Source: a bacterium | GTDB taxonomy: Bacteria > Cyanobacteriota > Vampirovibrionia > Gastranaerophilales > JBAXKC01 | Assembly (NCBI GenBank): GCA_037137535.1 | Contig: JBAXKC010000038.1 | Coordinates: forward strand, 1-23,158 | Length of the DNA stretch: 23,158 nt | Direction: 5' to 3' | Shown here: piece after piece, positions 9,796 through 18,737 of the stretch | Numbering within the stretch: position 1 is the stretch's first letter | Layout: the number at the start of each line of letters is the position of its first letter | The notes under the pieces: model-generated | What the model saw: only the letters and a program-made list of their open reading frames with translations | Databases searched by the model: none | What the model was told of the DNA's origin: nothing | Program-made: the position numbers and the translations under genes

Positions 9796-11982
9796 ATGAA
9801 TAATAATAAAATATTAAAAAATAGATATGTAAAAAACTTTTTTAAAGATAAGTACTTAATACTTAAAATAATTTTAATTATGTTCGCATGGGCTATAATT
9901 TTTCTTTGTGTCTTTTATCAGCCAAAATTCAAGTCAACGGCAAGAGTTTTGATTAAAGATATTTCTAATGAAACTTATGTAAAAGCAAACGATTCTGAAA
10001 ATAGTGATATAAAACCTCTTACTGAATCAGGGAATCCTGTATTTAACCAGATAGAGCTTTTAAGTTCTCAAGAATTATCAAAGTATATTTATGCTGAAAT
10101 TCAAAAAAAATACCCTGATGAAGTTAAAAACGTTAAAATACCAGATAAATTAGCCAAAACTATAATAAAGGCTAAAAATAAAATGGGTACAGATACAATA
10201 GATATTGACCTTGCCTGGAACAATGCTGATAATGCACAAGCGTTTTTAACAATAGCTCTTGACGGTTATAAAAAAATCAATTTAGATATAAACAAAGAAA
10301 TCAGAACGAATAGACGTACTTATATTGATAAAAACATAACTGATATTGAAAATAAATTACTTGAAGTTAGAGATAAAATTAAAACATACAGAGAAGGTAG
10401 TTTAGCAATTGATGTGTATGAAGAATCAAAACAATCAATTGCTCAGAAATCAGACTTTGTAAGTAAATTAGAAACTGTTTCTGCCGACATAAAAAGTCAA
10501 AAATCAACAGTTAAAGAAATTGAAAATCAATTATCTTTAAAGGCAAAAGATGCTATTAACGCTGTTGCATTAGGTTCAGATAATGAAACTCTTTCTGATT
10601 TAAGATCAAAACTTAATGAAATAAGTCAACAGTATGCTTTTGATTTAATTAAAAACTCGCCAACTAACCCAAAGATGGTGGCGTTACAAAATCAAATAAC
10701 CCTAATTAAAGCTCAAATTCAATCTCAAATTTCGTTAACGCTTGGTAAGCCTGCGAAAAAAAATCAAATAAATATTTATGATTCTGTAAGAACAAAGCTT
10801 GTTACCGATTTAGCTGCGGCACAATCCAACTTAATGGGATTAGAGGCTCAAGAACGTTCAATAAAAACTACTATTAATAAAATCAACAAAGTACAAGAAA
10901 AAATGCCACTTACACAATATACTTTGGATAATTTAAGACAAGATGAATCAAATTTAGCTATGGCTTATGATGAGCTTAGAAAAAAGCAAATTGAAGCTAA
11001 AATAAAAGAAGCTGAAGCGGTAAGTAATATCGTTGTTATTGATGCTCCAAGTAAGCCTTTATTCCCATCATTCCCGAGCAGATTTCATATTTTATTCCTT
11101 TCATTGATGTTAGGTGGCTTTTTGGGAATTGCTGCTTCAACAGTTAAGACTTATATTGAAGACATCTGTGATGATGTAGAGTCTATAGAAGAAGTGACAA
11201 AGAGTTCTATTCTAGGTGTTATTCCTTGGTTAAACGATAAAGAAGACCCATCAATAAATTATAAAATACAGCAAGCTGCTTATAAAAAAATATTATCTAA
11301 ATTTGTTATTAAGTGTTACAAGCGAGATGCAAAGGTAATTGCTTTCAGCTCAACATCTTTAGTTAAATCTAACTCTAATACCTTATATACAATGGCACTT
11401 GAACTTAAAAAACAAGGACATTCTGTTGTAATTGTTGATGCTGATTTAAGAAATCCAACTATTATCAATCAAGCAGAGTTTGATAATGATATTCAATTTA
11501 ATTTATCAGATATAATTCTTGCTTTTGAGAAAAAGTTAAAAAATAAAGAGTTTATTGATGCAAATGATTTTCTGTCTTCCTTAAAAGTTGATAAAAACGG
11601 CATAACCGTATTAGCTAATAAAGAGTCTGTTAGTGACCCATATGAGTTTTTTGGAACAGCAGCTTTTGAGGCGATGATAAGTATCTTAAAACAAAATTAT
11701 GAGTGGGTTTTAATTGACACTGCTCCGATACTTGTTGCTCCTGAGTTTTTATTAATTTCCAGCGTGAGTGATGTCGTTGCATTAATGGCAAATTTAACAG
11801 TAACCTATAATATGCTTTCTAAAATAACAAGAATGCTTAAAGATACAGAAACACCTCTTATTGGTACAATAGTAAGAGAAAAAGATTCTTCTTTTGAGAA
11901 AGAATATATAGAATATATTGCTTGCAATGAGCATTCATCAGATCGCAAAAAAAATACTGAAACAATAACTGAAAATAAATAA
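9796..11982 (+). CDS. wzc: Polysaccharide co-polymerase with fused BY-kinase-like domain (Wzc/GumC), Walker A degenerate
   Basis: Two TMs flanking a coiled coil, NQIELLSS, SNIVVIDAP, ILGVIP, Walker A' IVDADLRNP, Walker B VLIDTAP. Confidence 0.9.
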   Translation: MNNNKILKNRYVKNFFKDKYLILKIILIMFAWAIIFLCVFYQPKFKSTARVLIKDISNETYVKANDSENSDIKPLTESGNPVFNQIELLSSQELSKYIYAEIQKKYPDEVKNVKIPDKLAKTIIKAKNKMGTDTIDIDLAWNNADNAQAFLTIALDGYKKINLDINKEIRTNRRTYIDKNITDIENKLLEVRDKIKTYREGSLAIDVYEESKQSIAQKSDFVSKLETVSADIKSQKSTVKEIENQLSLKAKDAINAVALGSDNETLSDLRSKLNEISQQYAFDLIKNSPTNPKMVALQNQITLIKAQIQSQISLTLGKPAKKNQINIYDSVRTKLVTDLAAAQSNLMGLEAQERSIKTTINKINKVQEKMPLTQYTLDNLRQDESNLAMAYDELRKKQIEAKIKEAEAVSNIVVIDAPSKPLFPSFPSRFHILFLSLMLGGFLGIAASTVKTYIEDICDDVESIEEVTKSSILGVIPWLNDKEDPSINYKIQQAAYKKILSKFVIKCYKRDAKVIAFSSTSLVKSNSNTLYTMALELKKQGHSVVIVDADLRNPTIINQAEFDNDIQFNLSDIILAFEKKLKNKEFIDANDFLSSLKVDKNGITVLANKESVSDPYEFFGTAAFEAMISILKQNYEWVLIDTAPILVAPEFLLISSVSDVVALMANLTVTYNMLSKITRMLKDTETPLIGTIVREKDSSFEKEYIEYIACNEHSSDRKKNTETITENK

Positions 11983-11993
11983 AAGAGGCAATC

Positions 11994-13394
11994 TTGAACA
12001 TATCGTTTCTAAAAACATATTTTGATTTAAACAAATTAAACTTATCATCTTTAATTCTTATAATAGCTGTGGCATTAGGCGCATTAATGCTAATAATCCC
12101 AATACATTATCTTTTAATAATGACGGTAATGCTAACAGCTATTCTATTTTTAGTGATAAATCCAAAATATTGCTTTTATTTGCTTGTGTTTACCCTTCCT
12201 TTTGCCGCTCCTTTTTTTATTGGATCTCAAGAACTACCGATAAATCAGACAGATCTTCTTATAGTTTTTACTTCGGTTATAATTTTTTATAAATATATTA
12301 CTGAACGATCACAAATTTCACTAAAAACACCTATTGATAAATGGTTCGTTATTCTTTTTGTCATTTATCTTGTGACAGGATTAACTTCTTCAGCTCATAA
12401 CGGATATCAAGGTATATTTAAATATATTGAACTCGTTCTTTTATTTTATTCAACAGTTTATTTAATCAGATCTAAAATAATATCAATATCCGATATAATT
12501 AAATCTTTGATTTATGTTGCATTATTTGAAGCAAGTCTTGGTATTTTACAGTCTTTAACCGGTGGATTTGGTGCCAGTTGGATTGATAATAGAGGATATT
12601 TAGGTTATTTAGGTATTGGTTCTACAGCTGTTTGGCATGGACAAGGGACTTTTACCCATTTTAACATGTTGGCTGGTTTATTATGTATAACTGTTGTTTT
12701 TTTAATTCCTTTGAGACATTTTTTATTAAAAAGTAATATAAAAAACAATATTTTATTTTTCATATTACTTTTTGGTGTTATTACTACTTATTCAAGAAAT
12801 AGTCTTATAACAATATTTTTAACTAGCATATTATTTTTATTTATCATCGATAAAAATAAATTTTACTTTTTCTTGAAATTTGTATTGTCAACAATTCCAT
12901 TATTTCTAATATATATGTTTTTAAAAGATACATCATATTTTTCCACATTAAATCCAAGAGATCATATTTGGGCAGTTAATATGATGGCTTTTTCACAAAG
13001 TATAAAAACAATTTTAATAGGAAATGGTTTACGTGCAGTGGATCAGGAAATATTTAGATTTCTTCCATCTAATTTGTCATTGGTGGATGCTTCATACTTT
13101 CAAGCACATAGTTTTTATATTTATAACCTAATCGAAGTAGGAGTTATTGGAACATTCACAATTATAGCTTTTTACATAGTTAATTTAATAAATTTTTTAA
13201 AAGGCTTTAATAGCTCAAATAAAAAATACTATAAAGCTATGTATCTTATGGCATTCTTATTCATTTCAGGTATTTTTATTCAAGGCATATTTGACCTTGT
13301 TTTCAATCGATTTAATTTTCAAGTTCTTATTTATTTAATTTTGGGGATCGTGTATGCAAAAAATCACAAGCTATATGGCGAAAGTCGTCAATAG
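11994..13394 (+). CDS. Wzy-like polymerase / O-antigen ligase family membrane protein
   Basis: Many TM segments, GTFTHFNMLAG, TYSRNS, GNG, AHSFY..LIEVGVIG. TTG start with AAGAGG RBS. Lies between wzc and wzx. Confidence 0.85.
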   Translation: MNISFLKTYFDLNKLNLSSLILIIAVALGALMLIIPIHYLLIMTVMLTAILFLVINPKYCFYLLVFTLPFAAPFFIGSQELPINQTDLLIVFTSVIIFYKYITERSQISLKTPIDKWFVILFVIYLVTGLTSSAHNGYQGIFKYIELVLLFYSTVYLIRSKIISISDIIKSLIYVALFEASLGILQSLTGGFGASWIDNRGYLGYLGIGSTAVWHGQGTFTHFNMLAGLLCITVVFLIPLRHFLLKSNIKNNILFFILLFGVITTYSRNSLITIFLTSILFLFIIDKNKFYFFLKFVLSTIPLFLIYMFLKDTSYFSTLNPRDHIWAVNMMAFSQSIKTILIGNGLRAVDQEIFRFLPSNLSLVDASYFQAHSFYIYNLIEVGVIGTFTIIAFYIVNLINFLKGFNSSNKKYYKAMYLMAFLFISGIFIQGIFDLVFNRFNFQVLIYLILGIVYAKNHKLYGESRQ

Positions 13395-14628
13395 CAGTTT
13401 TGTTAAAAATTTAAGTATTACTTTTATGGAAAATATTGTAACAAAGGTACTTGGCTTTCTAATAATATTAATTCTTGTTAGAAATCTTGGACCTGACAAT
13501 TATGGAATATATTCTTTTATTTTTATTAATATTCTTATGTTTAGCCAGCTTTTCGATTTTGGAATGGAAAATACTGCAATTAGGTTTTCAAATAGAGATA
13601 AAGAAAAGCAAAATTCTATTTTTGGTCTTTATTTCCTTATAAAGTTATCAATAATTTCTCTAGTAATCTTTACTTTAGTTCTGTTTGGTCAAACTCTTTT
13701 AATTAAAATGCATAAACCTGAACTAATTAAATTTATTCCAGTCTTTATAATTGGTTTTTTAGGAGAATCTATATTTTTTGTTAATGATACTTATTTACAA
13801 TGTGTACAAAAATTCAAATTAAGAGCATTTATAAATATTACAAGATATTTAACTGTTGTAGCTTTTGCAACAACGATGTATCTTTTCAAATTAATTTCTT
13901 TAAAATATATAACATTTATTTTTATAATACCATTGTTCTTCGTTCTATTCTTTATTCCTCGTTATTATCTCTTTATTAAAGAATTTCTTACCAATAAATT
14001 ATCAAAAAATTTAGTTCTTGAATTATTTCATTATGAAAAGTGGATGTTAGTTTTATCAATCGGCAATTCATTAATGGGAAGAATTGATATATATATGTTG
14101 TCAATTTGGGTAAGTTATACTCAAATTGGTATTTATTCCGCAGCTTTTAATTTATTGTCAATAATTTCATTTTTACCGGCTGTTCTTGGTAAAGTAATGT
14201 TGCCTAAAATGGCAGAAACAAAAATAGAAAAACTATTTGATCTAACTCTTAGTATTACAAAACCAATATTAGGACTATCTTTTCTATTATTATTTATTAT
14301 TCCATTATTTCCATATATAGTTCCTTTGCTTTTTGGGCATAAATATGATGATTCTATTTTAATTGTGCAAATATTATCAATTAGTACTTTAATTGGTTTT
14401 TCAATATTGCCTATAGAACAATCTATGTATCCTTTAGGAAAACCTAAAGTAATTGTTTTATTTAGATATATTCAACTTGCAGTAAATATACTTATTAATA
14501 TTTATACAATTCCTAAATTTGGTATTGTGGCAGCAGCATCAAGTGCATTAGTCACCAGACTTTTATCAAGTTTATTGCTTTTTATATATTTTATGAAACA
14601 AAAATCTGTTTATACCTCTAAAGATTAA
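13354..14628 (+). CDS. wzx: Oligosaccharide flippase (Wzx/PST family); true start may be ATG 13375
   Basis: RNLGPDNYG, DFGM, RIDIYML, IGIYSAAF, IPKFGIVAAA, about 12 TM segments. Confidence 0.9.
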   Translation: MQKITSYMAKVVNSSFVKNLSITFMENIVTKVLGFLIILILVRNLGPDNYGIYSFIFINILMFSQLFDFGMENTAIRFSNRDKEKQNSIFGLYFLIKLSIISLVIFTLVLFGQTLLIKMHKPELIKFIPVFIIGFLGESIFFVNDTYLQCVQKFKLRAFINITRYLTVVAFATTMYLFKLISLKYITFIFIIPLFFVLFFIPRYYLFIKEFLTNKLSKNLVLELFHYEKWMLVLSIGNSLMGRIDIYMLSIWVSYTQIGIYSAAFNLLSIISFLPAVLGKVMLPKMAETKIEKLFDLTLSITKPILGLSFLLLFIIPLFPYIVPLLFGHKYDDSILIVQILSISTLIGFSILPIEQSMYPLGKPKVIVLFRYIQLAVNILINIYTIPKFGIVAAASSALVTRLLSSLLLFIYFMKQKSVYTSKD

Positions 14629-14634
14629 TTAATA

Positions 14635-14692
14635 TGCAATGTAGACTATTTTTATATACTTTGTGAATATCAGAGTATATAAAAGCATTGCA
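14635..14692. other. Long imperfect hairpin after wzx (terminator or transcript-processing/stabilising stem)
   Basis: TTTTATATACT-TTG...CAG-AGTATATAAAA (14650-14684) enclosed by TGCAATG/CATTGCA. No U tract on the + strand. Confidence 0.45.
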
Positions 14693-14845
14693 AGTAATAT
14701 ATCATATTGAGACTGCTATTCTTTATGTTAATTTTACTGTTACATTTCATTTTTTTTATTAATTATTCATAAATTTTGTTTTAAACTACAGTAGTAATTA
14801 TAAATAAAATGTTATAAAGATCTTATTTGATTAAGGAGACACAAA

Positions 14846-16876
14846 ATGACTAACACTTATAAATTCAAGTATGACTCAAATGGTAGATTAATAGAAAAAG
14901 ACAGCTATGATTCAAATGGCAAATTTATATCGGCAGAAGTAAATAAATATAATGCAGATGGAACTATTGAAGTAAGTATCTATAATAGTAGTTGGAATGT
15001 GATAGCGAAAAGAACTTTTGATTCTAATGCCGATTTAACTTCCTCCTCTGCTTATCAATACAATTCCAGTAATAAATTAATAGAAAAATCTATTTTTAAT
15101 TCTAGCGGTATTTTAATTCAAGATGAAAAAACTTCATATAATGCTGATGGGAAGCTTGCAGGAACAGAAATAGATAAATTTACATCTAGCGGCGTTCTTC
15201 TTCAAAAATTATATTACAATAAAAATTGGAATTTAATTGCTAATGAAAAAGCTGATATTAATGGAAATATCGTAGAAAAAACACAGATTAATTTTGACAT
15301 TAATAATGTATTCACAGATTCTAAAATTGAAACATATAGCGCTACCGGCGTAATGTTAAGTAAGGCTATTTATAATAAGACTTGGACTCTTGTTGAATAT
15401 GACAGTTTTAGTAATGACGGAAAAATTGCAAGAGTAGATAAATATAATTATGATAATGCAACAGGTGCATTTTTAGGATCACAAAAGAATTATTATGATA
15501 ATAATTCACATGTTTTAGTATCCAATAATTTTGATGCAGCAGGTCTAATTATCACTAAGGATAAATATTCTTATGACCAAAACGGACTTGTTATAGAAAA
15601 AGACACATATGATGCCAATGGTAAATTCATTGCTGCTGAAAAAGATTCATACGGTGTTAATAGTTTAGTTTCCGCAAAAACCTATTTTAATAAGTCATGG
15701 AACATTATAGAAGTTGATAAATTTGATATTAACGGAAATTTATCAGAAAAAAAACAAGTTAATTATGACGTTAATGGAGCACTTGCAAACTCTAGTGTTG
15801 AAAAATATAATGCTAACGGCACTATTTCATCAAAAGAGTTTTCTAATAAAAATTGGGTTGTAACTTCTAAATTGAACTATGACTTAAACGGAAATTTACT
15901 TACAAGGTTAGATTACACTTATGCTGCAAACAATAAATTATCTGAATTAGATATTTATGATGCTAATGGAGTTTTAACTCAACAAGAAAAGCATAATTTT
16001 GCTGCAAATGGTACATTTGTTGGAGCTGAAATAGATAAATATTCTAATGGCGGAGTTTTATCAGAAAAACTATCCTATAATCAAAATTGGAATTTTATTG
16101 GTAGAGACAAAGTTGATGAAAATGGAAATGTAATTGAAAAAACATTAGTTAATTTTGATAGTAACAATGTTAGGACTGGTTCAAGTATTGAAAAATATAC
16201 TTCTGACGGAACTGTTATTGAGAAAAGTATCTATAACAAAAATTGGACATTGACTGAATTTGACAGTTATGATCAAGCTGGGAAACTTGCAAGATTAGAT
16301 AAGTATAATTATGATGTAAATGGAGCTTATTTAGGAGCAGAAATAGATTATTTTACCCCTAATGATGTTATGGCAAGTTCAATAATTAAGTACGGTACGA
16401 ATAACGATGACAGTATTGTAGCTTATGCACCAAATACTACGCTTGTTGGTGGTGCTGGCAATGATACATTATGTGGAGTTAATGGAAATACTACATTTCT
16501 ATTTAATGATGGCGATGGAAAAGATAAGATTTATAATATAAATCCTGATTCAAACTCAGTTTTATTTGGAAATACAGTTGATAAATCAAATATAGCTTTA
16601 TATAAACAAGGCTCTGATTTGGTTATTGATTATGGTAATGTTGTTAATCAAGATCAAATAACTGTTTCAGGTCAGTTAGAATTTTATTCTTACCCCATGA
16701 TAAGTGATATTAAACTAAATAATAATACCTTAATTACATCAGCTGATATTAATCAAATTATACAAGCTATCAACTCTTATACTGAAAAACATGCAGATGT
16801 TTCTATTTCAAGTGTTGCTGATGTAAAAAATAATGCTGAATTAATGACAGTTATTTCAAATACATGGCACTCATAA
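14846..16876 (+). CDS. Beta-hairpin (YD-like) repeat protein with RTX-like Ca-binding motif and type I secretion-like C-terminus
   Basis: About 500 aa of [YF]D/NxNG repeats, then GGAGNDTL, FLFNDGDGKDKI, GSDLVI, INQIIQAINSY...NTWHS. No signal peptide. Strong AAGGAG RBS. Confidence 0.8.
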   Translation: MTNTYKFKYDSNGRLIEKDSYDSNGKFISAEVNKYNADGTIEVSIYNSSWNVIAKRTFDSNADLTSSSAYQYNSSNKLIEKSIFNSSGILIQDEKTSYNADGKLAGTEIDKFTSSGVLLQKLYYNKNWNLIANEKADINGNIVEKTQINFDINNVFTDSKIETYSATGVMLSKAIYNKTWTLVEYDSFSNDGKIARVDKYNYDNATGAFLGSQKNYYDNNSHVLVSNNFDAAGLIITKDKYSYDQNGLVIEKDTYDANGKFIAAEKDSYGVNSLVSAKTYFNKSWNIIEVDKFDINGNLSEKKQVNYDVNGALANSSVEKYNANGTISSKEFSNKNWVVTSKLNYDLNGNLLTRLDYTYAANNKLSELDIYDANGVLTQQEKHNFAANGTFVGAEIDKYSNGGVLSEKLSYNQNWNFIGRDKVDENGNVIEKTLVNFDSNNVRTGSSIEKYTSDGTVIEKSIYNKNWTLTEFDSYDQAGKLARLDKYNYDVNGAYLGAEIDYFTPNDVMASSIIKYGTNNDDSIVAYAPNTTLVGGAGNDTLCGVNGNTTFLFNDGDGKDKIYNINPDSNSVLFGNTVDKSNIALYKQGSDLVIDYGNVVNQDQITVSGQLEFYSYPMISDIKLNNNTLITSADINQIIQAINSYTEKHADVSISSVADVKNNAELMTVISNTWHS

Positions 16877-16901
16877 GTTAGATACAGATAATCTAAAGAA
16901 T

Positions 16902-16931
16902 AATCCTCTGAATTATATAATTCAGAGGATT
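16902..16931. terminator. Perfect 30-bp palindrome; probable terminator shared by the convergent repeat-protein and GT2 genes
   Basis: AATCCTCTGAATTAT|ATAATTCAGAGGATT, 25 nt after the stop at 16876. Confidence 0.7.
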
Positions 16932-17049
16932 TTATCTATAATAATAAAAAATTATGAATTTAGATTAACTTTTGAATTTTTGGTAGTGGTATGAAACAAC
17001 GTGATAAAAAATTCGTCATATAATTGTCAGACAAAATGAGGGCAGGAAA

Positions 17050-17328
17050 ATGAGGGAAAAATTAGGAATATGTACAAAATGCCAAAGTAGCAAAATAGTA
17101 AAAAATGGTCATAATGCTTCAGGCAAACAGCAATATTTATGTAAAAATTGTGGTGCACATAGAATATTAGAATCTGAAAAAAAATATAACGAGGCAAGAA
17201 AAGGTGAAATAATAAGGGCATATCTTGAGAGAACTAGCTTAAGGGGATTAGAGCGAATATTTCACGTTTCAAGACAGACTGTTTCGGACTGGTTAAAAAA
17301 AAATAATCGAACAACTTCCTTCAATTGA
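17050..17328 (+). CDS. insA: IS1 transposase N-terminal part (zinc ribbon + HTH, InsA-like)
   Basis: CTKC...KNG...GKQQYLCKNC zinc ribbon, SLRGLERIFHVSRQTVSDW HTH. Confidence 0.9.
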   Translation: MREKLGICTKCQSSKIVKNGHNASGKQQYLCKNCGAHRILESEKKYNEARKGEIIRAYLERTSLRGLERIFHVSRQTVSDWLKKNNRTTSFN

Positions 17329-17761
17329 AGAAACACTTATTGAAGTAAAAGATGATATTCTTGAATTGGATGAAGAATGGACTTTTGTAAAGAAAAAGAT
17401 TAATAAAAGGTGGCTTTGGCTTGCTTTATCAAGGGCAACAAAGCAGGTTGTAGCCTATGTTATTGGTGATAGAACAGAAAAAAGTTGCAGAACACTTAAA
17501 GAAAAAATTCCTGAAAAATACAAGGAAACCTTTAAATTTAGTGATTTATGGGATACTTATAATGCAGTATTTACTGAAAATCATCTATCTGTAGATAAAA
17601 CCAGCGGTGAAACCGCTCATATAGAAAGATTTAATAACACTATAAGGCAACGCTTAGGCAGATATACTAGAAAAACTCTATCATTTTCTAAGTCTGATTT
17701 CTGGCTTGACCTTGTTACTCATATATTTATCATTCATTACAATTTATCACTTAAAAATTAG
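17303..17761 (+). CDS. insB: IS1 transposase catalytic part (InsB-like, DDE); frame is open from the A9 run
   Basis: ELDEEWTFV..K...WLW, VIGDR, SDLWDTY, TAHIERFNNTIRQRLGR..RKTLSFSKS. Confidence 0.9.
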   Translation: MIEQLPSIEETLIEVKDDILELDEEWTFVKKKINKRWLWLALSRATKQVVAYVIGDRTEKSCRTLKEKIPEKYKETFKFSDLWDTYNAVFTENHLSVDKTSGETAHIERFNNTIRQRLGRYTRKTLSFSKSDFWLDLVTHIFIIHYNLSLKN

Positions 17762-18669
17762 CCTCTACCGAATTTTTTAAATAAAAAAGCTAAGCATGCA
17801 AAATATAAAGGAATAAAGTAAATGAAGAGGGAATGAATAGCAGTAACCGCTAACATTGTAAGAATTGTTAAAAGTAACATCGCTTTTAAGTATTTTATTT
17901 GTTTCTTAAAACTTCTTTGTTCATATTCGGTATCAACAATTCTGTCGGTAATAACTTTGATGTTTTCTTGGAAAAGCTTTTCATGATTTTTATAAATTTG
18001 ATAATAACATTCTTTTATTTGAGTTAGATTTAAAGAATTTGATCGAGAAGTTTTTTCATTCAGTTGTCTGTAATAAATTAGAGTTTCATTAATATGATGA
18101 ACTTTTACTCCAGAACTTATTAATAAAAGTAAAAAGTTATAATCTTCTAGTCCTTTTACCATATTGGCATTAAATCCGCCAATTTTTTCAAAATCTGCTT
18201 TTCTAAAAAAAGATGTTATTAAAATAGCGCAATTATTAAGAATTAAATATTCTGGAAATTTATAATTTAATTTTGCAGTTTTGTTAAATTTGCCAAAAAA
18301 TTGATAGTTTGAAAAGACTAGACCTATTTCGCTGTCAGAGTCTAATATTTCTACTGCTTTTTGAAAAAATGTTTTTTCTATTTTATCATCTGCATCAAGT
18401 GGAAGTATATATGTTCCTTTAGCTTCTTTTATTCCTATATTTCGGGCTTTTGATACACCTTGATTTTCAATATTAATTACCCTTGTCTTAGGTTTATCAT
18501 AATTTTTCAATAAATTATTAGTATATTCATCAGTTGACCCATCATTTACTATAATTATTTCAAAATTTTGATAAGTTTGTGCTAAAACGGAATCAACTGT
18601 TTCATTAATATATTTTCCATAGTTATAACAAGGTATTATAACTGAAATTTTACTATTAATATCGTTCAT
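17758..18669 (-). CDS. Glycosyltransferase family 2 with C-terminal membrane segment(s)
   Basis: ISVIIPCYNYG, VNDGSTD, NQGVSKARN, LDADD, GLED, hydrophobic C-terminus, AAGGAG RBS. Last three codons and stop come from the IS1 end. Confidence 0.93.
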   Translation of the reverse strand: MNDINSKISVIIPCYNYGKYINETVDSVLAQTYQNFEIIIVNDGSTDEYTNNLLKNYDKPKTRVINIENQGVSKARNIGIKEAKGTYILPLDADDKIEKTFFQKAVEILDSDSEIGLVFSNYQFFGKFNKTAKLNYKFPEYLILNNCAILITSFFRKADFEKIGGFNANMVKGLEDYNFLLLLISSGVKVHHINETLIYYRQLNEKTSRSNSLNLTQIKECYYQIYKNHEKLFQENIKVITDRIVDTEYEQRSFKKQIKYLKAMLLLTILTMLAVTAIHSLFIYFIPLYFACLAFLFKKFGRG

Positions 18670-18737
18670 AATTTTCTCCTTTTAGGTATAATTTTTATAT
18701 AAAAAACATTTTTCGACAAGAAAGAGAATAAAAGTTT

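Larger units (their letters stand above)
16982..17769 (+). mobile_element. Complete IS1-family insertion sequence, 788 bp
   Basis: Ends GGTAGTGG...GTGATAAA and (reverse complement) GGTAGAGG...GTGATAAA. 8-bp direct repeat GAATTTTT at 16974-16981 and 17770-17777. InsA/InsB-type ORFs inside. Confidence 0.95.

Noticed and set aside
14846..16876. RHS/YD polymorphic toxin interpretation
   Set aside because: No RHS core signature, no variable toxin tip and no downstream immunity gene. The C-terminus is RTX/T1SS-like.
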